A stretch of DNA of 64,000 nucleotides from Steroidobacteraceae bacterium (lineage in GTDB: Bacteria; Pseudomonadota; Gammaproteobacteria; Steroidobacterales; Steroidobacteraceae), in assembly GCA_050185195.1 (NCBI GenBank), contig JBFWZQ010000014.1, positions 3,002-67,001 of the forward strand, written 5' to 3'. Position 1 is the first letter of the stretch; each line of letters starts with the position of its first letter. The translations under genes were made by a program, and so were the position numbers. Below the pieces are notes generated by a model that saw only the letters and a program-made list of their open reading frames with translations, was not told the origin of the DNA and did not search any database. This document shows, in pieces, positions 25,750 to 39,506 of this stretch.

Positions 25750-27051
25750 ATGCAAGGCACGGCGACGATCGTCACCCTGTTGCTCGCGGCCCAGCTTGCG
25801 CAGGGGCAAGCCACCTTTCACGGCAACGCCGCGCGCACCGGTGTGTATCCATCGGCCGGCCCCGAACAACTGCACGGCGTGAAATGGTCGTTCGACACGG
25901 GCGGACCGGTCTACGGCTCGCCCGTGCTTGCGGATGGCGTGGTCTATGTGGCGAGCGCGAGCGGCGCCCTCTTCGCGCTCGACCGCGACACCGGCCAGGA
26001 GCGCTGGAAGTTCACGTCGCGCATGCCGATCGCGTCGACCCCTGCGATCGATCGGGGCACGCTCTATTTCGTCTCCTCCACCGGTGCGCTCGCGGCGCTC
26101 GACACCGCGACCGGCAAGCCGAAATGGATTTTCGCCACCGAGTACGAACGGCGCTTCGAGGCCAGGGGCCTGCACGGCTACGGCCCGGCAGGGCAGACGA
26201 TGCCCGACTCGTGGGACGTCTTCACCTCGTCGCCCGTGGTAGCCGAGGGCAAGGTGTTCTTTGGCAGCGGCGACGGCAACGTGTACGCGGTCGACGCCTC
26301 GAGCGGCGTGCTGCAGTGGAAGTTCCCGATGCGCGATGTCGTGCACGCCTCGCCCGCCTACGCCGACGGCACCATCTATGTCGGCAGCTGGGGCGGCGAT
26401 TTCCGGGCGATCGACGCCGCGACGGGCCAGTCGAAATGGTTGTTCCAGGCCGGTGAGGACCCGGCGATGCACAACCAGGTGGGCTTCCAGTCGTCCGCCG
26501 CCGTCGTCGACGGGGTGGTCTACGTCGGTTGCCGCGACGCGCACGTGTACGCGCTCGATGCGAAGACCGGGCGCAGGAAGTGGGACTATCCCACGAGCAA
26601 GTCCTGGGTGAACGGCACGCCCGCGGTGCGCGACGGCCTCGTCTACGTCGGCACGTCCGACAGCTCGCGTTTCATGGCGCTCGAGGCGAAGACGGGCCGG
26701 TTGCGCTTCAATTTCGATGCGAGGGGGTATGTCTTCTCGTCGGCCGCGCTCGCGGGCGATCGCGTCTATTTCGGCAGCCACGATGGCGTGCTGCATGCAC
26801 TCGATGCGCAGTCCGGCCGCCTCGCCTGGGAATTTCGCACCGAGGCTTCGAAGGCGGACTCCCTGCACCTGCTCGATGCACAGGGCCGCCTGGACCCGGC
26901 CGGGTTTGCACCGGTATTTCGCGACTACCAGGACATGGTCATCGACCTCTATCGTTTTCGATCGCTGGGCGCCATCCTCTCCTCGCCCGTCGTGGATGCC
27001 GGCATCCTCTATGTCGGCAGCCTCGACGGTCGCCTCTACGCCCTCCACTGA
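25750..27051 (+). CDS. Secreted PQQ-like (BamB-like) beta-propeller repeat protein
   Basis: Signal peptide MQGTATIVTLLLAAQLAQG. Repeated units of the form DG.VYVGS.DG.LYALDA.TG...W.F across the protein. Confidence 0.75.
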   Translation: MQGTATIVTLLLAAQLAQGQATFHGNAARTGVYPSAGPEQLHGVKWSFDTGGPVYGSPVLADGVVYVASASGALFALDRDTGQERWKFTSRMPIASTPAIDRGTLYFVSSTGALAALDTATGKPKWIFATEYERRFEARGLHGYGPAGQTMPDSWDVFTSSPVVAEGKVFFGSGDGNVYAVDASSGVLQWKFPMRDVVHASPAYADGTIYVGSWGGDFRAIDAATGQSKWLFQAGEDPAMHNQVGFQSSAAVVDGVVYVGCRDAHVYALDAKTGRRKWDYPTSKSWVNGTPAVRDGLVYVGTSDSSRFMALEAKTGRLRFNFDARGYVFSSAALAGDRVYFGSHDGVLHALDAQSGRLAWEFRTEASKADSLHLLDAQGRLDPAGFAPVFRDYQDMVIDLYRFRSLGAILSSPVVDAGILYVGSLDGRLYALH

Positions 27052-27058
27052 AGGATCC

Positions 27059-28153
27059 ATGGCCATGACCAATCGTCGCGACGTCCTGCGCATCGGGCTC
27101 GGCGCCACCGCGCTCGCCACACTGCATCGCACGCTCGCCGCCGAGCGTGCACCGAAGACCTTGCTGATCCTCGGTGGCACGGGTTTCCTCGGGCCGCACC
27201 TGACGGCCGCTGCGCTCGAGGGCGGCTGGCAGGTGACGCATTTCAATCGCGGCAAGCGTGACGCCGATGGCGTGCCCGGCGTCGAGACGCTGCACGGCGA
27301 TCGCAAGGGCCAGCTCGATGCGTTGCGTGGCCGCAAGTGGGATGCCGTCGTCGACAACACGGGCTACATCCCGAAATACGTGCAGCAGTCCGCCGAACTG
27401 CTCGGGCCGAACGTCGGTTACTGCCTGTTCATCTCGAGCATTTCCGCCTACGCGGGCTTCGCCACGCCGAATGACGAGGCGTCGCCGACCGGCAAGCTCG
27501 CGAACATCGACGAGGAGAAGGTCACCGGCGAGACGTACGGCCCCATGAAGGCGCTGTGCGAGGCCTACACGATGCAGGCCTTCGCGGATCGCGCGAGTGT
27601 CGTGCGACCCGGCTACATCGTCGGTCCGCTCGACCCCACGGATCGCTTCACGTACTGGCCCGTGCGCGCGGCGCGGGGCGGGGAGATGCTCGCGCCCGGC
27701 ACGGCGCAGGATCCCGTGCAGTACATCGATGCGCGCGACCTCACCGCCTGGATGCTGAAACTGGTCGCGGGCCGTGCGACAGGCACCTACAACGCCGTGA
27801 CACGGCCCCGCGAGTACACGATTGGCGACATCGTGCGCGCGAGCCTCGACGCATCGCCCGGCAGCGGCACGAAAGTGAGCTGGGTCCCCGAGGACTTCCT
27901 GTTCAAGCAGTGGAAACCCGAGGAAGTCGATATGCCGCCCTGGTCGCCGATGAGCGGCGCGTCGGCGGGCGCATCGCTCACCGCAAGCGATCGCGCGCAC
28001 GCCGCGGGCCTCACGACCCGGCCGCTCGCCCAGACGGTCCGCGACACGTTGCAGTGGTTTCGCACGCTGCCTGACGAGCGGCAGGCCAAGCTCAAGGCGG
28101 GCCTCGACCCGGCCGTCGAAACCGCCACCCTCGAGGCCTGGCACAAGCAATAG
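27059..28153 (+). CDS. NAD-dependent epimerase/dehydratase-family (extended SDR) protein with twin-arginine signal
   Basis: Last 364 codons of ORF 26717..28153. Tat-like MAMTNRRDVLRIGLGATALA; Rossmann motif LILGGTGFLGPHL. Starts 7 nt after the propeller gene. Confidence 0.7.
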   Translation: MAMTNRRDVLRIGLGATALATLHRTLAAERAPKTLLILGGTGFLGPHLTAAALEGGWQVTHFNRGKRDADGVPGVETLHGDRKGQLDALRGRKWDAVVDNTGYIPKYVQQSAELLGPNVGYCLFISSISAYAGFATPNDEASPTGKLANIDEEKVTGETYGPMKALCEAYTMQAFADRASVVRPGYIVGPLDPTDRFTYWPVRAARGGEMLAPGTAQDPVQYIDARDLTAWMLKLVAGRATGTYNAVTRPREYTIGDIVRASLDASPGSGTKVSWVPEDFLFKQWKPEEVDMPPWSPMSGASAGASLTASDRAHAAGLTTRPLAQTVRDTLQWFRTLPDERQAKLKAGLDPAVETATLEAWHKQ

Positions 28154-28159
28154 GGCCTT

Positions 28160-28230
28160 GGTGCCGGGTTTTCGGTTATTCGGCTGTTCGCGCAGCGGGC
28201 AAACAACCGAATAACCGAAAACCCGGCACC
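28160..28230. repeat. Extended copy of the REP-like palindrome (24-bp arms, 23-nt loop)
   Basis: ggtgccgggttttcggttattcgg - ctgttcgcgcagcgggcaaacaa - ccgaataaccgaaaacccggcacc. The outer 16 nt of each arm are identical to 11565..11601. Begins 7 nt after the upstream stop. Confidence 0.85.
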
Positions 28231-28271
28231 AGCTCTCGGCACCGAACGGGGGGCTGGGGCATACTGCCCGG

Positions 28272-28667
28272 ATGCTGCGTCGATCCCCGATCGCCAGGTG
28301 CCTTGGGTACCTCGCCATCGCCCTGCTGCTCGTGCGGGTGGGTGAGGCGCACCTGCACCTGTGCCTCGACGGGCAGGACCGCGCGGCGGCCATGCACATC
28401 GAGGACGCACCGCGGCACGACGGGACGCAGGCTTCCGTCGACGGCCACAACGATCTCGATGTCGACCTCTCCGTGCTGCCGTGGCTGAAAAACGCGGCGA
28501 CGGACGACACGACGCTCGCAACGCTCGGCCTGTTCCCGCTCGACGCGATATTGCTCGCCCTGCTGCTGCCGGCGTTGCTGCTCACGTTCCCCCCGGCGCG
28601 GCTGCGTCTCCCAGTTCCCGATTCCCTCTTCGACCTGCGCCCGCCGCTGCGCGGACCGCCCCGCTAA
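28272..28667 (+). CDS. Small hypothetical membrane protein with His/Asp-rich central segment, first gene of the czc-type operon
   Basis: 131-aa ORF with high third-position G+C. N-terminal hydrophobic segment LGYLAIALLLV, then EAHLHLCLDG...MHIEDAPRHD...DGHNDLDVDLS. Second hydrophobic segment LFPLDAILLALLLPALLL; C-terminus LRPPLRGPPR. Confidence 0.5.
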   Translation: MLRRSPIARCLGYLAIALLLVRVGEAHLHLCLDGQDRAAAMHIEDAPRHDGTQASVDGHNDLDVDLSVLPWLKNAATDDTTLATLGLFPLDAILLALLLPALLLTFPPARLRLPVPDSLFDLRPPLRGPPR

Positions 28668-28737
28668 CAACCTCCCGACGCTCCCATCGATTCGACCTGC
28701 AGGCGCTTGAGTCGCGCATGCAGCAGGAGGTTTTGCC

Positions 28738-30000
28738 ATGTTGTCGCCCCTTGCGCGCGCGTGTATCGCGTGCGCCCTCGTCCTGTCCCCGCCCTGGGCG
28801 CTCGCCCGTACCGGTGAACTGACACTCGCCGCCGCGCTCGACACCGCGCTGCGCAACCATCCGGACCTGCGTGCGAGCGCCTATGAGCTCACGGCCGCGC
28901 AGGCCCGCATCATCCAGGCGGGCCTGCGCCCCAACCCGGAGTTGTCCCTCGAGCTCGAGAATTTCGCGGGCAGCGGCGCAACCCGCGGCGCCGACGCGCT
29001 CGAGACCACGCTGAGCCTCTCCCAGGTCGTGGAGTGGGGCGATCGCCGCGAGCTGCGACGTTCGGCCGCGGAGGCGGACTACGAAGTGGCCGGCATCGAG
29101 CAGCGGGCGCGCGAACTGGACGTGCTCGCGGAAGTCACGCGGCGCTTCATCGACGTCGTCGCCCTGCAGGAGCACGGGCGCCTCGCCGCCGAATCGGTGC
29201 AGCTCGCGCAGGCGACGCTCGAGGCTATCGACGCGCGGGTCGCGGCCGGCCGATCACCGCTCGCCGAACAGAGCCGCGCGCGCATCGCGCTCACGCGCGC
29301 GCTGATCGAGCAGCGCCAGGCGGATAGCGAACTGCGCACCGCGCGCTTCGCGCTCGCCGCGTCCTGGGGCAGCCCCGAGCCCGATTTCACGACGGCGCGC
29401 GCCGGGCTGTTCGACCTGCGCGCCGTCGAACCCGTGCAGGCGCTGCTCGATCGGCTGGAGCGTTCGCCCGATCTGCGCCGCTACGCCTCGGAGCAGCGCC
29501 TGCGTGCAGCCGAGCTGCGCCTCGCCCGCGCGCAGGCGCGGCCGAACCTCGCCTTCAGCCTCGGCCTGCGTCGCCTCGCGGAAGACGACGACACCGCGCT
29601 CGTCGCAGGCGTCTCGTTGCCGCTCGCGTTCCGGGACCGCAACCAGGGCGGGATATCCGAAGCGCAGGCGCGCCTCGAGCAGACCGGCGCGAGCGCGGAT
29701 GCGGCGCGCACCCGCGCACGCGCGAGCCTGCTTGGCCTGCATCAACAGGTGAACGCCGATCGTGCACGCGTCGAGACGCTGCGCAACGAAGCCCTGCCCC
29801 AGGCCGGGCTCGCGCTCGAGCAGACGCGCAGCGGCTACGAGCGCGGGCGGTTCTCGTTCCTGGAACTCGCCACCGCGCAGGAAGAGCTCCTCGCACTGCA
29901 GGCCGCGGCGATCGACGCCGCCGCCGACTATCACCGCCTCCTCGCGGAGATCGAGCGCCTCACCGGCGCGGCTTTGGATCCCGCGTCCTCCATTCCCTGA
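28738..30000 (+). CDS. czcC: CzcC-family outer-membrane efflux protein (TolC-like OMF)
   Basis: 420-aa ORF with signal peptide MLSPLARACIACALVLSPPWALA. Two OEP repeats. Located directly upstream of the adaptor and RND pump. Confidence 0.8.
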   Translation: MLSPLARACIACALVLSPPWALARTGELTLAAALDTALRNHPDLRASAYELTAAQARIIQAGLRPNPELSLELENFAGSGATRGADALETTLSLSQVVEWGDRRELRRSAAEADYEVAGIEQRARELDVLAEVTRRFIDVVALQEHGRLAAESVQLAQATLEAIDARVAAGRSPLAEQSRARIALTRALIEQRQADSELRTARFALAASWGSPEPDFTTARAGLFDLRAVEPVQALLDRLERSPDLRRYASEQRLRAAELRLARAQARPNLAFSLGLRRLAEDDDTALVAGVSLPLAFRDRNQGGISEAQARLEQTGASADAARTRARASLLGLHQQVNADRARVETLRNEALPQAGLALEQTRSGYERGRFSFLELATAQEELLALQAAAIDAAADYHRLLAEIERLTGAALDPASSIP

Positions 30001-30012
30001 GACACAGCAGCC

Positions 30013-30948
30013 ATGCGATACACAGCTTTCACGATCCTGGCCGTCGCCGCACTCTCGCTCGCGGCCTGCGGCAAGACAACGCCCTCCGCGCCCCCCGAAG
30101 CGGGCGAAGCCGGTCACGAGGCCGAACACGAAGGCGGCCACGTCGCCCTGACCCCCGGGCAGATCCGCACCGCCGCGATCGTCGTGGCGCAGGCGGGCCC
30201 CGCGGTGATCCGCGAGACGCTGCCTGTCTACGGTGTCATCGCCCCCGACGCCGAGCGCGTGCGCGAAGTGGGCGCGCGCTTCCCGGGTGTCATTCGCAGC
30301 GTGCGCTCGAAAGTGGGCGACAGCGTGCGCGCCGGCGAGACACTCGCCACCGTCGAGAGCAACGAGAGCCTGCAGACCTATGCCGTCGTCGCGCCGCTCA
30401 GCGGTGTCGTGACCGCGCGGCAGGCCAACTCCGGGGAGCAGACGGGGGACAAGGCGTTGTTCACCGTCGCGGACCTGTCGAAGGTCTGGGTCGAACTCGC
30501 GCTCTTTCCACGTGACAGCGCGAAGGTGCGCGTGGGACAGGCCGTACGCGTCGCCAGCGCCGACGCGGGCCTGACTGCGCAAGGCCACATCGTCTACGTC
30601 GCCCCGTTCGGCAGCAGCAGCAACCAGACGCTGACGGCTCGCGTGCGCCTCGACAACGCGCAGCGCCGCTGGGCGCCGGGCCTGTACGTGAGTGCCGACG
30701 TGACGCTCGGCGAAGCGCCCGCGCGCCTCGCGGTGCGCAACGAGGCCCTGCAGGGCCTCGAGGGCCGCACCGTCGTGTTCGTGCAGGACCACGACGGCTT
30801 CGAGCCGCGTCCCGTGCGGACCGGCCGCACCGACGGCGAGTGGAGCGAGGTGCTCGAGGGGCTCGAACCCGGCGAACGCTACGCGACGGAAAACAGCTTC
30901 ATCCTCAAGGCAGAGCTCGGCAAGGGCGAAGCCTCGCACGAGCATTGA
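30013..30948 (+). CDS. czcB: Efflux RND periplasmic adaptor (CzcB-like), lipoprotein, unusually short
   Basis: Lipobox LSLAAC. His-rich termini (EAGHEAEHEGGH and GEASHEH). Lipoyl-like halves VGDSVRAGETLATVES and VVAPLSGVVTAR separated by only about 9 residues; beta-barrel and MP domains follow. Confidence 0.75.
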   Translation: MRYTAFTILAVAALSLAACGKTTPSAPPEAGEAGHEAEHEGGHVALTPGQIRTAAIVVAQAGPAVIRETLPVYGVIAPDAERVREVGARFPGVIRSVRSKVGDSVRAGETLATVESNESLQTYAVVAPLSGVVTARQANSGEQTGDKALFTVADLSKVWVELALFPRDSAKVRVGQAVRVASADAGLTAQGHIVYVAPFGSSSNQTLTARVRLDNAQRRWAPGLYVSADVTLGEAPARLAVRNEALQGLEGRTVVFVQDHDGFEPRPVRTGRTDGEWSEVLEGLEPGERYATENSFILKAELGKGEASHEH

Positions 30949-35878
<4,930 letters not shown>

Positions 35879-35879
<1 letters not shown>

Positions 35880-36781
35880 CAGAAGTACCCTTCCTGTTTC
35901 TTGCGCTCCATCGAAGCCACCTGGTCGCGGTCGACCGCGCGCCCCTGCCGTTCGGCGCGGCGTGACAGCAGCATCTCGGTCGTCACGTCGGCGATGGAGG
36001 CGGCGCGGCTCTCGAGCGCACCGGAGAGCGGATAGCAGCCGAGCGTGCGAAAACGCACGCTGCGCCGCCGCGGCAGCTCACCCGGCAGCAGGCGCATGCG
36101 TTCGTCGTCGACGAGCAGCAACTGCCCACCGCGCTCCACCACCGGGCGCTCGGCGGCGAAATAGAGCGGCACGAGCGGAATCTCCTCGCGCGCGATGTAT
36201 TGCCAGATGTCGAGCTCGGTCCAGTTCGACAGCGGAAACACCCGCAGGCTCTCGCCGCGCTGCTTGCGCGCGTTGTAGAGCTGCCAGAGCTCCGGCCGCT
36301 GCGCGCGTGGATCCCAGCGGTGCTGCGCCGAGCGCACCGAGAAGACCCGCTCCTTGGCGCGCGAGACTTCCTCGTCACGCCGCGCGCCGCCGAACGCGGC
36401 ATCGAAGCCGTGCCGGTCGAGCGCGGCCTTGAGCGGCTCGGTCAGCATCTGCCGCGTGTATTCCGGCGTCGGCGTATCGAACGGGTTCACGCCGCGCTGC
36501 GCCGCTTCGCGGTTTTCGGCCACGATCAGCCGCAGGCCGTGTTCGCGCACCGTGCGGTCGCGGTGCTCGAGCATCGCGCGAAAGTCCCAGCCGGACGCCA
36601 CGTGCAGCAACGGAAAGGGCGGCGGCGCCGGGTAGAACGCCTTCAGGGCAAGGTGCAGCATCACCGAGCTGTCCTTGCCGATCGAGTAGAGGAGCACGGG
36701 ATTCTCGCACTCCGCGACGACCTCGCGGAAGATGAAGAGGCTTTCGGCCTCGAGCCGGTCGAGGTGCGTCAGGGTCGTCAT
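35879..36781 (-). CDS. cysD: Sulfate adenylyltransferase subunit 2
   Basis: 300-aa ORF. PP-loop [13 protein letters not shown]; C-terminus ...[10 protein letters not shown] typical of CysD. Confidence 0.9.
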
Positions 36782-36788
36782 GGCCTTC

Positions 36789-37562
36789 CTAGAAAGTGCT
36801 GAAGTCGCGGGCGAGCCGCAGCAGGCTCGTGGCGATCACGAGCACACCCACTGCGATCGTGAAGGGCCGCACCGACACGCGCCGCGCGAGCAGGGCCGCG
36901 AACGGCGCCGCGAGCAGCGCCCCGCACAGCAGCCCCAGCGCGATGCCGGAGAGTTTCTCGAACCCGACATGGGAGACGAGCAGTCCGAACACGGTCGCCG
37001 CGACGAAAGTCTCGGCAATCGCGCCGGTGCCGACGACATGCCGCGGATTCGCACCGAGCGCCACGAGATTGCTCGTGACGAGCGGTCCCCAGACGCCCGA
37101 CGTCGCCTCGAGCAGGCCGCCGGCGAAACCGACGCCAACCTGGGCCCGGCCCGACGCGCGGTTCGGCAGCGCATGCAGGGCGCGCCAGATGATGAAAGCG
37201 CCCGCGACGAGCAGGTAGAGGCTGATCGCGATGCCGATCCACTGCGAGAAGCTGCGTGTCAGCAGCGTCACGCCCGTCACGCCGCCGAGGATGCCCGCGA
37301 TCGACAGCACGACCAGCATGCGTGCGTCGACATTGCGCATCCAGACGTGCGAGAGGCCGGAGGCGGTGCCGGTGAAGAGCTTCGCGCCATTGACCGACGC
37401 GCTCGCGATCTCGCGCGGCACGCCGACCGCCGCGAGAGCCGCCGAGCTGATCGCGCCGAAGCCCATGCCGAGCGCGCCATCGAAGACCTGGGCCACGAAA
37501 CCCACGGCCGCAAACGCCCAGGTTTCAGGGCTCGACAGGATCGTGAGTACGGATTGCCACAT
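36789..37562 (-). CDS. TauE/SafE-family (DUF81) anion transporter-like membrane protein
   Basis: ORF 36789..37697 trimmed to [11 protein letters not shown]. Polytopic, with Gly-rich TM segments ([32 protein letters not shown]). Confidence 0.75.
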   Translation of the reverse strand: MWQSVLTILSSPETWAFAAVGFVAQVFDGALGMGFGAISSAALAAVGVPREIASASVNGAKLFTGTASGLSHVWMRNVDARMLVVLSIAGILGGVTGVTLLTRSFSQWIGIAISLYLLVAGAFIIWRALHALPNRASGRAQVGVGFAGGLLEATSGVWGPLVTSNLVALGANPRHVVGTGAIAETFVAATVFGLLVSHVGFEKLSGIALGLLCGALLAAPFAALLARRVSVRPFTIAVGVLVIATSLLRLARDFSTF

Positions 37563-37672
37563 AGGGTCCGGGGAGCATGCCGTGGGGGAGAAGGCCGAAC
37601 GATACTTTTCGATTATGAGGGTATAGCCCTGAAATCGGCGACTCGGCGCGGCGTCGCCCGTAGGCTCGACCC
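37563..37672. promoter_or_regulatory. Divergent control region between tauE-cysD-cysNC and cysJIH-hem-cysG
   Basis: 110-bp spacer between divergent start codons. It contains the only A/T-rich patch nearby (cgatacttttcgattatgagggtatag), including a T-N11-A element (TACTTTTCGATTA) of the loose LysR/CysB-box type. Promoters are inferred, not demonstrated. Confidence 0.4.
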
Positions 37673-39505
37673 ATGTCCGCCGTCCCCGCCTTGCCACTGC
37701 TGCCCGCCGACGCGCAACCCCTGCCGGCGAGTCGCCTGCACCTGCTCACCGAGCTGACCCAGGGCCTCGACGCAGGCGCCCTGCTCTATGTGTCGGGATA
37801 TGCCGCCGGGCTCGCGGCGGCACAGCGCCAGGGCTACACGCCCGCCCACGCACCCGAGCGGATGCAGGACGCGCAGGGGGTGCGCGCCACCGTCCTCTAT
37901 GCCTCGCATACCGGCAACGGCCGCCGCATCGCCGAACGGCTCGTCGCGACACTCGAGACACGCGGCCTCGCCGCACGGGCCATTGCTGCAGGCGAGTACC
38001 CCAGTCGGGACCTCGCACAGGAACGCCTGCTGTATCTCGTCGCGAGCACGCACGGCGACGGAGACCCGCCGGACGGCGCGCGCCCGTTCTTCGACTTCCT
38101 GCTCGGCCGCAAGGCGCCACGCCTCGAGCAGCTGCACTATGCGGTGCTGGCACTCGGGGACTCGAGCTATCCGCAGTTCTGCGAAGCCGGCCGCGTGCTG
38201 GACGAGCGGCTCACTGCACTCGGGGCGACCGCGATCACGGCCCGAATCGACTGCGACCTCGATTACGAGGCCCGGGCGTCCGACTGGTCGGAGGCAGCGA
38301 TCCGGTTCGCGCTCGAGACCCTGAAACCCGTCGGCGATGCGCCCCGCCTCGCCATCGTCTCGCCACTGCGCGCCGCGACACACGCCGCGGCGCCGGCGAC
38401 CGCAACCCGCGACGCGCCGGTCGTGGTCGAAGTGCTGGCCCGCCAGCGCATCACCGGGCGCTCCAGCGATCATCCGGTGATGCACCTCGAGATCGCGGCG
38501 CCCGCGGACCTGCTCGCGTACGAACCGGGCGACGCCATGGGCGTCTGGCCTCGCAACCCGGATTTCCTCGCGGCGCGCATCGCGGAAGTGCTGAAGCTCG
38601 ACCTCGCCGCCACGGTTTCACACGCCGGCGCAGAACGATCGCTCGGCGACTGGCTCACGCAGCATCGGGAAATCACGCGCCTCTCGCGCCCGCTGCTCGA
38701 AGCGCACGCCGCGCGTTCCGGCGCGCCTGCGCTGCAGTCCCTCGTGAACGGGGATCAGCAGGCACGCGCCGCCGTCCTGCGCGACTGGCAGGTGCTCGAC
38801 CTGTTCGAGGCGTACGCGGCCGAATGGTCCGCCGAAGACCTCGTCGGCGCGCTGCGTCCGCTCGCGCCGCGCCTCTATTCGATTGCCTCGAGCCGCCGTG
38901 AAGTCGGCGACGAACTGCACCTCACGGTGGCCGCGGTCGACTATGAACGCGAGGGTGCGCGCCGCGTGGGCGCCGCGTCGTTCTTCCTCGGGTCGGATGC
39001 CCCCACGCTGCGCGCCTATGTCGAGCCGAACACGCATTTTCGCCTGCCGGCGGACCACGACCGCGACCTCATCCTGATCGGCGCGGGCACCGGCGTCGCG
39101 CCCTACCGCGGCTTCCTGCAGCAGCGCGCCGCCGATGGCGCCCGTGGTCGCCACTGGCTGCTCTTCGGGGCGCGGCGCTTCTCGAGCGACTTCCTCTACC
39201 AGGCCGAGTGGCTTGCGGCGCGCAAGCGCGGCCTGTTGCACCGGCTCGACCTCGCGGCCTCGCGCGACCAGGCGGAGAAGGTCTACGTGCAGCATCGCCT
39301 GCGCGAACAGGGTGCGGAACTATGGCGCTGGATCGAGGGCGGTGCGTCGGTCTATGTCTGCGGCGACGCGGCGCGCATGGCGCCCGACGTGCATGCGGCC
39401 CTCCTCGACGTGGCGCAGGTGCACGGCGGGCAAACGGACGATGCCGCGCAGGCCTACCTGAGCGAACTCGTCGCGGCGCGGCGCTACCTGCGGGACGTGT
39501 ACTGA
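37673..39505 (+). CDS. cysJ: Assimilatory sulfite reductase [NADPH] flavoprotein alpha-component
   Basis: Flavodoxin-like [10 protein letters not shown]; FAD motif RLYSIASS; NADPH motif [15 protein letters not shown]; C-terminus YLRDVY. Confidence 0.9.
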   Translation: MSAVPALPLLPADAQPLPASRLHLLTELTQGLDAGALLYVSGYAAGLAAAQRQGYTPAHAPERMQDAQGVRATVLYASHTGNGRRIAERLVATLETRGLAARAIAAGEYPSRDLAQERLLYLVASTHGDGDPPDGARPFFDFLLGRKAPRLEQLHYAVLALGDSSYPQFCEAGRVLDERLTALGATAITARIDCDLDYEARASDWSEAAIRFALETLKPVGDAPRLAIVSPLRAATHAAAPATATRDAPVVVEVLARQRITGRSSDHPVMHLEIAAPADLLAYEPGDAMGVWPRNPDFLAARIAEVLKLDLAATVSHAGAERSLGDWLTQHREITRLSRPLLEAHAARSGAPALQSLVNGDQQARAAVLRDWQVLDLFEAYAAEWSAEDLVGALRPLAPRLYSIASSRREVGDELHLTVAAVDYEREGARRVGAASFFLGSDAPTLRAYVEPNTHFRLPADHDRDLILIGAGTGVAPYRGFLQQRAADGARGRHWLLFGARRFSSDFLYQAEWLAARKRGLLHRLDLAASRDQAEKVYVQHRLREQGAELWRWIEGGASVYVCGDAARMAPDVHAALLDVAQVHGGQTDDAAQAYLSELVAARRYLRDVY

Positions 39506-39506
39506 C

